Below, one piece after another: positions 49,482 through 60,068 of a stretch of 64,000 bases of DNA. The position numbers and the translations under genes are program-made. The stretch is from Leptospira sp. (lineage in GTDB: Bacteria; Spirochaetota; Leptospiria; Leptospirales; Leptospiraceae). Where the stretch lies: the NCBI GenBank assembly GCA_034439575.1, contig JAWXAQ010000027.1, forward strand, positions 288,001-352,000. Direction: 5' to 3'. The notes under the pieces were generated by a model. It was given only the letters and a program-made list of their open reading frames with translations. It had not been told where the DNA came from and searched no databases. Each line of letters begins with the position of its first letter. The first letter of the stretch is position 1.

Positions 49482-51605
49482 ATGCGTCTGTTAAACGATA
49501 CAAGATTTGTTATTCCCTTTCTACTTTTACTTATAAGTATATTTTCTGTACTTTTATACTTAAATGTGACTAGTAGACTTGGTGGTTCTGATAATCCGAC
49601 GATAGGTGTCATCACTTATAAAACTAAAAATGTATTAAGAAAATTTAACGATCAAGTGGTATGGGATAGCATTGAATCCAACCAAGAAGTTAAAAATCGA
49701 GATACAATTCGTACTGAAGGTTTATCTGATGCTGTTTTGACACTCAATGATGGAACCAAAATCAACATTGCTGAAAATTCAATGATACTTCTTGATATTT
49801 CAGATAAAAATATCAATGTTAATTTTGCCTATGGTTCCTTTGAAGCCGCAAGAGAAAATACAAACCAAGGTGATGTGAAGATGAATATCACAGCAGGTGA
49901 CAAGGTTGTTGAAGTAGGCAAAGGTGATGTTAAATTAGATAAAACTAAAAATGAACTGAATTTAAAAGTTGGTGAAGGGGAAGCTAAAATCACAGCCAAT
50001 GGAAAAGAAGAAACTATTTCTAAGGATGAAGTTGCCAATGTTTCCAGTGAAGGTGTTAAGGTAACAAAACCTCGATTTGGTTTAGTGAGCCCATCTGACA
50101 GAAAAAATATTCTAACTGACTCAGGTTCTGAAGTGATCCAATTTTCAGTCAGTGGTGTCAATGCAGATCTCATTCGAAGTTCTTCACCCATATTAGAAAT
50201 CTCCAGTTCGCAAGATTTTTCAAAATCAGTGGCTAAAGAAAAATTAAAGTCAGGAACATTTCAGAAAACTTTAGTTAGTGGATCATATTTTTGGAGAGTA
50301 ACTTATATTGATCCTGAAAACAAGGCAAAACAGTCAACCGAAATTGTTAGATTTAGAGTGATCACAAATCCACAGTTAAGATTGTTTCTTCCCAAAGATG
50401 GAGATAACTTCTCTTATACGACAGAGAGTCCTGTAGTCAAATTAGCTTGGGGAAATTTAGATTTATATACAAATTATACAGCCGAAATCGCAAAAGATAA
50501 TAAATTTTCGGTCGACCTAAAATCAAAACAAACACAAAATCAAGCAATCTCTTTCGACAATTTAAGTGATGGTGTTTATTATGCACGAGTGATTGCTCGT
50601 TCTAATATTCCAGATATCAATGAAAAAATTTCACCGATTAGCCAGTTTACAGTGGGTAAAAAACTGAATCTTGAACCACCTGTTCTTGTGGAACCCGCTA
50701 AAAATAAAAGTTATACGAAAGATCAAATCAAAAATCAAATATTTTTTTCATGGAAGGATAACAAAGATTATAAGTCATATGATTTTGAAATTAGCTCCGA
50801 TGCCAATTTTTCAAACATCATTTCCAAACAAAACTCTGAAAATAGTTTTATCAAATTTGGAAACGAGTTGAATGAGGGAAACTATTTTTGGAGAGTCAAA
50901 GGGAATGTCCCAGGCAAAGAAAGTTTACTTTCTTCCATTTATTCATTTTCAATTATTTCAAAAGAAGATTTGAATCTTCTTTCACCAGTAAATAATTCGG
51001 AACATGAAATCAATGAAAATAGTGGCATTCTACTTAAGTGGAAAAAACTAAATACTAAAGTAAATTATAAATTAGAGATATCTAAATTACCAAATTTTTC
51101 AAATTTAATCGTTTCTGAACAAGTCACAAATACTTTTTATGATTTTAAAGCTAAGGATTTTGGTAAATTCTATTGGCGAGTGATAGCAGACACTGAACCC
51201 GAAAAAACAAAAAGCGAAGAGTGGATATTTGTTTTAAGTTCTTCTATGGAACCTCCAATTCTTATATCACCTACAAAAAACGAAACTATCGATTTATCAA
51301 ATCGAAATAATATAGTTTTTACTTGGAAAGCACAAGAAAAAGCGATAGCTTACAAAATTAAAATCTTTGATATCAGTGGAATCAAAGAAAAACAAATTGT
51401 TTCAGAACGCACTACACAACTCAAATTTGTGATTTCAGATTTTACTAAATTGAATGAAGGCAGACATAAGATCGAAATTTGTTCTTTATATTCAGGTTCT
51501 GATGTGGAAAAAGAGTCTGCATACTATCGTTCCGATTTTTTTATCAACTTACCTAAGTTAAATATTCCTAAAATCCTTACTCCAGGTACAATTTATGTGG
51601 AATAA
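49482..51605 (+). CDS. FecR-domain protein with five Ig/FN3-like repeats
   Basis: N-terminal TM helix, FecR motif D.IRT......L.L.DGT.I.I.ENS, and ~100-aa repeats with L..P...W...Y..EI...YFWRV. Confidence 0.85.
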   Translation: MRLLNDTRFVIPFLLLLISIFSVLLYLNVTSRLGGSDNPTIGVITYKTKNVLRKFNDQVVWDSIESNQEVKNRDTIRTEGLSDAVLTLNDGTKINIAENSMILLDISDKNINVNFAYGSFEAARENTNQGDVKMNITAGDKVVEVGKGDVKLDKTKNELNLKVGEGEAKITANGKEETISKDEVANVSSEGVKVTKPRFGLVSPSDRKNILTDSGSEVIQFSVSGVNADLIRSSSPILEISSSQDFSKSVAKEKLKSGTFQKTLVSGSYFWRVTYIDPENKAKQSTEIVRFRVITNPQLRLFLPKDGDNFSYTTESPVVKLAWGNLDLYTNYTAEIAKDNKFSVDLKSKQTQNQAISFDNLSDGVYYARVIARSNIPDINEKISPISQFTVGKKLNLEPPVLVEPAKNKSYTKDQIKNQIFFSWKDNKDYKSYDFEISSDANFSNIISKQNSENSFIKFGNELNEGNYFWRVKGNVPGKESLLSSIYSFSIISKEDLNLLSPVNNSEHEINENSGILLKWKKLNTKVNYKLEISKLPNFSNLIVSEQVTNTFYDFKAKDFGKFYWRVIADTEPEKTKSEEWIFVLSSSMEPPILISPTKNETIDLSNRNNIVFTWKAQEKAIAYKIKIFDISGIKEKQIVSERTTQLKFVISDFTKLNEGRHKIEICSLYSGSDVEKESAYYRSDFFINLPKLNIPKILTPGTIYVE

Positions 51606-52803
51606 TTATTTAAGAATTCTTATATTTCAAATATTTTTAATTAATGGCACATCTATTTTAGCAGAAGGTCCACCCGAAACTGTAGAGGAAACAATGGTGT
51701 ACCAATTGAAATGGCAAGAAGTTCCTGGAGCTTCTGGTTATTTATTAGAAATTAAAAATTCCAGCGGTTATATGGTCATTTCGGAAAAAACAAATTCCAA
51801 TTTTTATAATGCCGCTAATTTTTTATCTGGAACCTACGAACATCGAGTAGGTGTAATTAATAAAATTGGTAAGGTGGGATCCTTTTCGGATTGGGTTCCT
51901 TTTGAAGTTGTAGTTTCTAGAATTCCTTCTTTATCGAAAGATAGAGTGTATTCTATTTCAAGAGAAGAAAAAACTAAAACCATAGAATTTTCTGGAAAAG
52001 ATTTTTTGCCTCAAATGAAAGTTTATATGATTTTAGATGGTAAAAAAATTCCAGCTAAAAAAGTCGAAATTGAATCTGCTACAAAAGCAAGAGCCGTTTT
52101 TGATATTGATCCTGAATTAGATACAGGCTTATATGATTTAGTTTTAGAGAACCCTCGCAAAAAAACACTTAACGCCAAACAACGAATTGTTCTCAGTGAT
52201 TCAAAAGAGCAAGCAGAAAGATTTGCATCCAGACAAGAAAAAATTATTAATAAAGAAATTCCCGAAGATTATTACCAAACACCATATTGGTCCACAATAT
52301 GGAGATCAACCGTATTGCCTGGTTGGGGCCAAAATTATATTGAAGGAAGCTCATGGAAATTATATACATACCCACTCATTGGTTTAGGAATAGCTGGCGC
52401 TTATGCAAATTCTTATAATAAATTTTTAGGTGCCAGATCTAGTTACCAAGATTCAGTGATTTTGGGTTATTTTTTGGCAGATAATCCTGATGCTCAATTA
52501 ATTTGGTTATTAAATAGAAATACAGCTCAAAGTAATTATTCGGCAGCAAAACAAGAGTTAAACAATATTCAAACGGGAATAGGTGTATTTGGGGTATTTA
52601 TACTTTATAATTTGATAGATGCCTATTTTAGTGCAAGAAGAAATGTTGCTTTCAATGATATAAAGCCTGGTTTACCCATTGGACAAGAAAATATACGATT
52701 GAATGCTCGCATGGAAAGGGGTTTGCCACAAACGTTTTCTCTCCAACCATTGAATTTAAAGAACGAACCAATTTATAATTTAGAAATCCTCTATCAGTTC
52801 TAG
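51595..52803 (+). CDS. Secreted protein with FN3-like N-terminus and S..LPGWGQ.Y C-terminal domain (DUF5683-like)
   Basis: Signal peptide, LKW.EV.GA.GY.LEI, RST.LPGWGQ.Y and YNLIDA motifs, terminal YQF. Confidence 0.7.
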   Translation: MWNNYLRILIFQIFLINGTSILAEGPPETVEETMVYQLKWQEVPGASGYLLEIKNSSGYMVISEKTNSNFYNAANFLSGTYEHRVGVINKIGKVGSFSDWVPFEVVVSRIPSLSKDRVYSISREEKTKTIEFSGKDFLPQMKVYMILDGKKIPAKKVEIESATKARAVFDIDPELDTGLYDLVLENPRKKTLNAKQRIVLSDSKEQAERFASRQEKIINKEIPEDYYQTPYWSTIWRSTVLPGWGQNYIEGSSWKLYTYPLIGLGIAGAYANSYNKFLGARSSYQDSVILGYFLADNPDAQLIWLLNRNTAQSNYSAAKQELNNIQTGIGVFGVFILYNLIDAYFSARRNVAFNDIKPGLPIGQENIRLNARMERGLPQTFSLQPLNLKNEPIYNLEILYQF

Positions 52804-52849
52804 ACAAAAAGCTTGAGAAGCTAGCCCATTTTTGGATAAAGTCAAAGGT

Positions 52850-54145
52850 ATGAGCATTCCTATTGTAAGGGCGAGCCTCGGTGACGAGACAAGTTACCAA
52901 AAATTCTTAAAATCGGCAAAATCAGATTTATCTGAAGCCACAAAAAAAATTCTACCGATTTTAAAGGATGTGGAATCGGAAGGTGATTCCGCAATCAGAC
53001 GTTATACGGAAAAGTTTGATGGTTTCGCACTGGATACTCTTCTATTAGATCCACAAAACATAGAAGTCAAAGTTCCAGATTCAATAAAAGAAGCATTTCT
53101 CATTGCAAAAAGTAATATTGAAGCATTTCATAAAAAACAAATTCGAGAATCTTGGTCTACAGTCATCGATGGAAATAAGTTAGGTGTTAAATATTCACCG
53201 ATTTCTTCAGTAAGTGTTTATGCTCCCGGTGGAACAGCACTTTATCCATCAAGTGTATTAATGGGTGTTATCCCTGCTATCCTTGCTGGAGTTAAAGACA
53301 TACAATTAGTGACACCACCACAAAAAAATGGATTACCTGATATTTTGATCTGGCTTTCACAGATTTTAGGAATCCAAAGAATTGTAACAGTTGGTGGAGC
53401 GCAAGGAATAGCTGCAGTTGCTTATGGGACTGAATCTATCCCGAAATCAGAGTTTATCGTCGGACCGGGTAACGTATATGTGGCGGCAGCAAAATCATAT
53501 TTGGCTGGCATTGGACTCATTGGCATAGAAAGTCCCGCTGGACCTTCTGAAGTTTGTATCATTGCGGATGATTCAGCTAACCCGATGTGGATCGCCTGTG
53601 ATATGTTATCTCAAGCCGAACATGGAGAAGATTCTTCGGCAATTTTACTGACTACAAATGAATCGCTTGCAAATTCTGTTTCTATAGAGTTAGAAAAGGC
53701 ATTTATAAATCGCACAAAACGTTTGGATATGAAAAAGAAAGCCATTTATGAAAACTCTTGTATTCTCATATTTGATTCTATAGAAGAATGTGTTTCGTTT
53801 TCTAATTTACTTGCCCCTGAACATTTAGAAATCCAAACTAAAGATCCCAATCATACATTTGAAGGTATAGAACATGCGGGTTCTGTATTCCTTGGACCAT
53901 ATTCTCCTGTGGCCATGGGAGATTATATCAGTGGAACAAATCATATTTTACCCACAGCTAGAGGAAGTAGAATTTATTCTTCACTTGGAGTGGATACATT
54001 TTTAAAACGAATCACTTACCAAGAAATTTCCAAAGAATCAATAAACAGATTGTATCCATATGTAAAACTTATGTCGGAACTAGAAGGTTTAGACGAAGAG
54101 CATGGTACAAGCGTTAGAGTTAGATATGAAGAAGGTGGAATTTGA
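52850..54145 (+). CDS. hisD: Histidinol dehydrogenase
   Basis: YAPGG.A.YPSS, GGAQ.IAA.AYG, GPGN.YV, AGPSE, SQAEH, APEHLE and GDY.SGTNH.LPT motifs. Confidence 0.97.
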   Translation: MSIPIVRASLGDETSYQKFLKSAKSDLSEATKKILPILKDVESEGDSAIRRYTEKFDGFALDTLLLDPQNIEVKVPDSIKEAFLIAKSNIEAFHKKQIRESWSTVIDGNKLGVKYSPISSVSVYAPGGTALYPSSVLMGVIPAILAGVKDIQLVTPPQKNGLPDILIWLSQILGIQRIVTVGGAQGIAAVAYGTESIPKSEFIVGPGNVYVAAAKSYLAGIGLIGIESPAGPSEVCIIADDSANPMWIACDMLSQAEHGEDSSAILLTTNESLANSVSIELEKAFINRTKRLDMKKKAIYENSCILIFDSIEECVSFSNLLAPEHLEIQTKDPNHTFEGIEHAGSVFLGPYSPVAMGDYISGTNHILPTARGSRIYSSLGVDTFLKRITYQEISKESINRLYPYVKLMSELEGLDEEHGTSVRVRYEEGGI

Positions 54146-54999
54146 AAGTCGCTCACAATATAGAAGAATTGAGACTATCAATTAATGATTGGAAAAAAGA
54201 ATCTGAGAGCATAGGTTTTGTACCGACCATGGGTTTTTTACATGAAGGTCATATGGAACTAATGAAAGTTTCAAAACAACAAACTTCCAAGACAGTTGTT
54301 TCCATATTTGTAAATCCAACACAATTCAACGATCCAGAAGATTATCTTAAGTATCCCTTGGATATTGAAGGTGATTTAAAAAAATGTGAAGATAGTGGAG
54401 TTAATTTAGTTTTCCTTCCAACAAAAGAAGTTATTTATCCTGAAGATAAAGGTACAATCATTCTAAATCAACCAGAACTACAGAAAAATTTATGTGGTCG
54501 CACAAGGCCCGGTCACTTCGAAGGAGTTATGTTAGTCGTAGCAAAATTATTCCATTTGGTATCGCCAGACAAAGGATTTTTTGGATTAAAAGATTACCAA
54601 CAATTTCGAATCATAGAAGATATGGTTCGATTGTTAAGTTTTCCCATTCAAATTATAGGGGTTCCCACATTTCGCGAATTAGATGGACTTGCAATGAGTT
54701 CAAGGAACGTAAGGTTAAGCCAAAAGGAAAGAGAAACTGCATCTCTAATCCCTCGGATGTTCGCTATGGCAGAACGTTTAGTTCAAGGTGGGGAAACAAA
54801 TTTACGCGTGTTAAAAGAGATACTCGCAGACTTTTTGCTTTCCGCATCAAATTTAAAAATAGATTATTTAGAGACAGTTGACCCAATTTCATTACAAGAA
54901 ATTTTTGACATTAAGGAAAGTTTCCTTTTAGCTACTGCAGTTTTTATTGGCAACACACGACTAATCGATAATAAAATTCTTTCACCCGGAATCAAATAA
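54142..54999 (+). CDS. panC: Pantoate--beta-alanine ligase
   Basis: VPTMG.LHEGH, SIFVNP.QF, RPGHF, FG.KDYQQ, GLAMSSRN and RLIDN motifs. Confidence 0.97.
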   Translation: MKVAHNIEELRLSINDWKKESESIGFVPTMGFLHEGHMELMKVSKQQTSKTVVSIFVNPTQFNDPEDYLKYPLDIEGDLKKCEDSGVNLVFLPTKEVIYPEDKGTIILNQPELQKNLCGRTRPGHFEGVMLVVAKLFHLVSPDKGFFGLKDYQQFRIIEDMVRLLSFPIQIIGVPTFRELDGLAMSSRNVRLSQKERETASLIPRMFAMAERLVQGGETNLRVLKEILADFLLSASNLKIDYLETVDPISLQEIFDIKESFLLATAVFIGNTRLIDNKILSPGIK

Positions 55000-55003
55000 T
55001 ACT

Positions 55004-58000
55004 TTGAAAGCATACTTTACTCTCGCGAACGATTCTCTTGATTACAAAGAGATTTTAAAACAGTATTCTAAACATCGAATCAATATTAGTGGGATCGGTG
55101 ACTATGGTGGGTCTCTTTTAGCATCGCAAATATTTTATCAATTAAAAGGCGACGAACATAAATTAGTTGTCTTGGCAACAAATTCTGATGCCGAAGCATT
55201 TTGTCGGGAACTTTTATCATACGTAGATTCTGAGGATATATTTTATTTTCCAGGTCCAGAAAATATTCCCTACGAATATACAAAATGGCAACCAGAATGG
55301 AAGCGGGATCGAATCTTAACGATCAACAGAATTTTCAGCAACAAAAAAGCTATGATTGTCACTTCCGTGGCAGGAATTCTTAGAAAAATTCCAGAAAAAA
55401 AGAGCCTTACAGGAAAATCCATCATCCTCAAACAAGGAAATGATTATTCATTAGAGAAATTGGCTTTGGACCTAGTCCGATTAGGTTACCAAAGAGAAGA
55501 GGTCTGTGAACAATTTGGCCAGTTTAGTTTAAAAGGTGGGATATTGGATATCTACACACCTTACTTAAGTTATCCGGTCAGAATGGATTTTTTTGGTGAT
55601 ACCTTAGATGAACTAAGAACCTTTGATCCAAATACACAAAAATCAATTCAAAAAATTGAAGAAATTATTATTACTGCGGCAAATGAATTGGTATTTTCTA
55701 AACAAGAGTTAGATGCCTATCGAGAAAAACTTATCCACGAAGAATCGAAACGAATTCCTATCGAAGACGAGACCTCTATCTTAGAAGAACTTTTTCCCTT
55801 AGTTCGTAAACACGATGGTTTACTTAGTTTATTTGAAAAAGAGCCCATTATCATTTATCCGAAAGTTTCGGAAACCAGGGAACGAGCCTTTGGAATGAAA
55901 CGAGAATATGAGACTCTCTATGCTAAAAAATCTGATGAGGCAATTTGTTTAAATCCGATAAGTCTTTTATCATTTGATTTAGAATGGGATCACTTAACAG
56001 AAGACAGTTTGCCTGGAATTCAATTTTCTTTATTACCAGATAATGAATATAATTTTGAATGTTTTTCCATTAAAGAGGTAAAGAGCTTTCGTGGTAAAAT
56101 CAGAGAAGCCAAAGATCATTTTGATGAATTGTTAGCTGGCGATACATTACATAAAATACTAATTACCTCTTCTTTTTCGGCACAAATGATGCGATTACAA
56201 GGTCTTTTTCCTGGTGAAAATATTCCTATCATCAATCCAGATTCCGAAGAGCCAAATTTACTTCCACTAACTGACTTGAAACCAGGAATATATTTATCTC
56301 TCTCTGATATTCGAAAAGGATACGAGCTCACCGAAGAGAATTTATATATTTTTACTGACAATGATCTATTCGGGCGTCAGTACAAACGAAAGTCTCGTTA
56401 TAAAAAACAATCGTCACGAATGATTGAATCTTTCATTGATTTGAAAGAAGGTGATTATGTTGTCCATGTCAATCATGGAGTGGGTAAATTTGTAAAAATT
56501 GAGCGAACAAAGGCAGATGGAAAAGAAAGAGATTTTCTAAAATTAGAATATTCTGCGGGCGATACTCTTTTTGTTCCTTTAGATCAGATATCACTGGTTC
56601 AAAAATATATTGGGGGCACTGACTCACCAAGGTTAGATACATTAGGTAAAAACTCTTGGAAAAAGGCAAAAGAAAGAGTTCAAGCAAGTGTCGATAAATT
56701 AGCCGAAGAACTCGTGTTAATGTATTCCAATCGATTGAAATTGAACGGGTTTCCCTTTCCTCCTGATACAATTTGGCAAGAAGAATTTGAAGCCGCATTT
56801 GAATTTGAAGAAACACCTGATCAAATCTCTGCGATTGAAGCCGTCAAACAAGACTTAGAGTCAGAAAGGCCGATGGATCGTTTGGTTTGTGGTGATGTGG
56901 GTTATGGAAAAACGGAAGTAGCCATTCGCGCTGCATTCAAAGTGATAATGGCTGGTAAACAAGTGATGTTACTCACGCCAACAACCATACTCGCCTTACA
57001 ACATTTTAATACATTTAAATCTAGGTATGAAAATTACCCGATCCGCATCGGTTTTGTTTCCAGGTTTCGCACAGCCTCAGAAGTGAGGGCTGATTTGAAA
57101 TTGTTTACAGAAGGAAAAATTGATATGTTGATTGGTACACATGCAATTCTTTCTTCAAAAGTAAAACCAAAAAATCTAGGTTTACTCGTTATTGACGAAG
57201 AACAGAAGTTTGGCGTAACTCATAAAGAATCTATTAAAAAATTCAAACAATTAGTGGATGTTTTGACACTCACAGCCACTCCCATCCCAAGAACCTTACA
57301 TATGGCTCTCACTGGCATACGAGAATTATCCATCATTTCAACGCCACCCAAAAACAGACAAAGTGTGGAAACCTATGTATTGGAAGAAGATGATACTCTA
57401 ATTCAAGAAGCAATCCGTAAAGAAATAGCGCGCGGAGGACAGGTTTTTTATTTATATAACCGAGTTGAGTCCATTGAAGAAGAAGCAAGTTACATACGAA
57501 CCCTTGTTCCCGAAGTAGCTATCGGAATTTTACATGGCCAGCTAACAGAAGATGAAATCGAGGAAACATTAGTAGATTTTTATAATCGAAAATACGATAT
57601 TCTTGTTACTACTACAATCATTGAATCTGGTATTGATATGCCAAATGTCAATACCTTGATTGTGAAACGAGCAGATATGTTTGGTTTGTCCCAATTGTAC
57701 CAAATACGAGGTAGGGTGGGTAGAAGTGATAGAAAGGCCTATGCCTATCTATTTTATCCTTCAAAGAATCTGATTACCGAAGTTGCTGAAAAAAGATTGA
57801 ACACGATCTTCGAATACCAAGAACTAGGATCGGGTTTTAAAGTGGCTATGCGAGATTTGGAAATTAGAGGTGCTGGAAATCTACTTGGTCGGGAACAATC
57901 TGGCGATATCATGGAAGTCGGCTTTGATCTATATGTAAAAATGTTAGAAGAAGCAATTTCTAAAGTTAAAGGGGAAGCAGTTGAAGTTGAAGTTCGAACA

Positions 58001-58456
58001 GCCGTTAACCTGAAGTCAAATTTTTATATTCCAGATTCCTATATTCCTGATACAAAACAAAAAATTGAATTTTATAAACGATTTGAAGGTGCAAGTGATT
58101 TAGATGATATCGCAGAATTGACTCTGGAAATGGAAGATCGATTTGGTGAATTACCTGCTATCGCTAAAACGTTTGTAGAACTTGAAAAGATTCGAACTCT
58201 TTCTTCTCGTTTGGGTTTTGAATCTGTATCGGAAAAAACATCCGAAGTTGTGTTTAAATGTGGAACATACTTTCGAGGGGACCCTGCACGGATCATCCAG
58301 GGTTTGTCAAAATTTGATGGCTTAATCATTCATCCGCAAGAACCGTCAATTTTGCGTTATTCGATCAGTGAAGTGGATGATCTGAAAAAAATATCAAAAT
58401 TACTAGCACTTTTAGCTTTCCTTTCGGAACCCATAAGCGATGGTCCAAAAAAGTGA
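55004..58456 (+). CDS. mfd: Transcription-repair coupling factor
   Basis: [43 protein letters not shown] and [13 protein letters not shown] motifs. Confidence 0.98.
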   Translation: MKAYFTLANDSLDYKEILKQYSKHRINISGIGDYGGSLLASQIFYQLKGDEHKLVVLATNSDAEAFCRELLSYVDSEDIFYFPGPENIPYEYTKWQPEWKRDRILTINRIFSNKKAMIVTSVAGILRKIPEKKSLTGKSIILKQGNDYSLEKLALDLVRLGYQREEVCEQFGQFSLKGGILDIYTPYLSYPVRMDFFGDTLDELRTFDPNTQKSIQKIEEIIITAANELVFSKQELDAYREKLIHEESKRIPIEDETSILEELFPLVRKHDGLLSLFEKEPIIIYPKVSETRERAFGMKREYETLYAKKSDEAICLNPISLLSFDLEWDHLTEDSLPGIQFSLLPDNEYNFECFSIKEVKSFRGKIREAKDHFDELLAGDTLHKILITSSFSAQMMRLQGLFPGENIPIINPDSEEPNLLPLTDLKPGIYLSLSDIRKGYELTEENLYIFTDNDLFGRQYKRKSRYKKQSSRMIESFIDLKEGDYVVHVNHGVGKFVKIERTKADGKERDFLKLEYSAGDTLFVPLDQISLVQKYIGGTDSPRLDTLGKNSWKKAKERVQASVDKLAEELVLMYSNRLKLNGFPFPPDTIWQEEFEAAFEFEETPDQISAIEAVKQDLESERPMDRLVCGDVGYGKTEVAIRAAFKVIMAGKQVMLLTPTTILALQHFNTFKSRYENYPIRIGFVSRFRTASEVRADLKLFTEGKIDMLIGTHAILSSKVKPKNLGLLVIDEEQKFGVTHKESIKKFKQLVDVLTLTATPIPRTLHMALTGIRELSIISTPPKNRQSVETYVLEEDDTLIQEAIRKEIARGGQVFYLYNRVESIEEEASYIRTLVPEVAIGILHGQLTEDEIEETLVDFYNRKYDILVTTTIIESGIDMPNVNTLIVKRADMFGLSQLYQIRGRVGRSDRKAYAYLFYPSKNLITEVAEKRLNTIFEYQELGSGFKVAMRDLEIRGAGNLLGREQSGDIMEVGFDLYVKMLEEAISKVKGEAVEVEVRTAVNLKSNFYIPDSYIPDTKQKIEFYKRFEGASDLDDIAELTLEMEDRFGELPAIAKTFVELEKIRTLSSRLGFESVSEKTSEVVFKCGTYFRGDPARIIQGLSKFDGLIIHPQEPSILRYSISEVDDLKKISKLLALLAFLSEPISDGPKK

Positions 58457-58525
58457 TAGACGTAACAAAGAATCGTTTTTTAACATCATACCAAATATAA
58501 ATTCTTACCCTGCGGAAAACTTTGC

Positions 58526-59215
58526 ATGTCTAAAAACCTCTTACTTATTACACTTTTTACCCTTACGCCCTTTTTTATTAATTGTGGTGATACAAGTCCA
58601 GTGATTGAATCGCTAGATGGTCATAAAATTACTGTCAAAGAATTTGAAACTGCTTATGATACAGCTTTAGATTCTATCAGCCGATTGCAAAATATTGAGA
58701 AAAAAACTCTATTAGAGTTTGTTGAAAAAGAGATTGCAGAAGTTCCTCAACAATTCCAAGAATTGAACTACCAATTGCAAAAAAAGAATTTTTACTTAAC
58801 TTACCGCCAAATGTTAATGACAAAGTTGGTTGCGGAAAAGAAAGGATATTACTCTAGACCAGACGTGCAAGAAGTACTCAAACAAGTTGAAATGCAAACC
58901 ATAGCTCAAATGTATGTTTCTGAGCAAGTGGAGAAAAAAATCCAAATCACAGAACAACAAGCAAAATCTGAGTGCGAACGACTTCGTGGCCTTGATAAAA
59001 ATATTGCTTCTTTAACAATTGATAAATGTTTACAATTTGCAAAAGCGCAATTAAAGAGTGCTCAAACAAGAGAACAGTTGCCACTTGTTGTGGAAAGAAT
59101 CAAAGAAGAAGTTATCATCAAACGAAATGATAAATTTGACTTAGATGCATATCTTGCCCCTAAGAAAAAATCTGTCGAAACACCAGAAGCTGAAAGCACG
59201 CCTGCCGGAAAGTAA
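58526..59215 (+). CDS. lipL31: Lipoprotein LipL31
   Basis: FFINC lipobox; sequence and position after hisD-panC-mfd match my recollection of Leptospira lipL31. Confidence 0.82.
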   Translation: MSKNLLLITLFTLTPFFINCGDTSPVIESLDGHKITVKEFETAYDTALDSISRLQNIEKKTLLEFVEKEIAEVPQQFQELNYQLQKKNFYLTYRQMLMTKLVAEKKGYYSRPDVQEVLKQVEMQTIAQMYVSEQVEKKIQITEQQAKSECERLRGLDKNIASLTIDKCLQFAKAQLKSAQTREQLPLVVERIKEEVIIKRNDKFDLDAYLAPKKKSVETPEAESTPAGK

Positions 59216-59217
59216 GT

Positions 59218-60066
59218 CTGGATAATCATTTAAATGCATTCCTCCGTGGGGTTTTAGAAGCCGTCACGGAGTTTTTACCTGTATCTTCTACGGGTCACTT
59301 ATACTTTTTTAGTTATTTTTTCCCCTTTCAAGGACTCGGCGAAATCAGCGAATCCTTTGAAGACCTTTATGATATCTTTATCCAATCAGGCGCGATCCTT
59401 TCCGTTTTATTTCTCTACTATAAAAAGTTTTTTCTGCATGCAAAAGAATCCATATCTTATCTTAAGGGAAATGTTTCGGATAAAGTTGGTTTTGATTTTT
59501 ATAGAAATATCTTAATAGGCATTATTCCTATCATATTACTTGGGTTTGGTTTCAAATCAATTTTGGATACCGTCAAACAAAGCCAGAACCTATTATTGAT
59601 CCTTGGTCTATCATGGTTAATTGGTGGATTGATTATGATTGGCGTCGAAATTTGGCGTGAATCAAAATCGGAAGAAGAAACAACGCATATTGTTGGGATA
59701 AAGGATGCGATATTGATTGGTTTCTTTCAATGTTTTGCACTCATACCCGGAGTATCTAGATCAGCTGCTACAATCGTCACCGCGAGAATGTTAGGTGTCT
59801 CAAAAAAAGATTCGGCAGAATTTTCCTTTTTTTTGGCTTTGCCAGTATTGACCTTAGCTGGTCTTTATAAGCTTTATAAACATAGAGCCATCTTAAATAC
59901 CGAAACGATTGGTATTCTGATTTTTGGCTCTCTTGTTTCTTTTTTAATATGTTATTTTATTATAAAGCTTTTCATCGCATTTTTAAGAAGGAGAAGCTTT
60001 TTATCTTTTGGAATTTATAGAATGATTCTCGGGACACTTGTGACTCTTTATTTTATTAACAAATAG
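59218..60066 (+). CDS. uppP: Undecaprenyl-diphosphate phosphatase (BacA), probable CTG start
   Basis: The frame is open from CTG at 59218: DNHLNAFLRGVLEAVTEFLPVSSTGHL...IQSGA...PGVSRS...AEFSFFL. The ORF-track start at 59563 omits the catalytic N-terminus. Confidence 0.92.
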   Translation: MDNHLNAFLRGVLEAVTEFLPVSSTGHLYFFSYFFPFQGLGEISESFEDLYDIFIQSGAILSVLFLYYKKFFLHAKESISYLKGNVSDKVGFDFYRNILIGIIPIILLGFGFKSILDTVKQSQNLLLILGLSWLIGGLIMIGVEIWRESKSEEETTHIVGIKDAILIGFFQCFALIPGVSRSAATIVTARMLGVSKKDSAEFSFFLALPVLTLAGLYKLYKHRAILNTETIGILIFGSLVSFLICYFIIKLFIAFLRRRSFLSFGIYRMILGTLVTLYFINK

Positions 60067-60068
60067 AT

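Noticed and set aside
49482-52803. AT-rich stretch as a horizontally acquired island
   Set aside because: No integrase, tRNA, IS or flanking repeats; the composition fits Asn/Lys/Ile-rich proteins.
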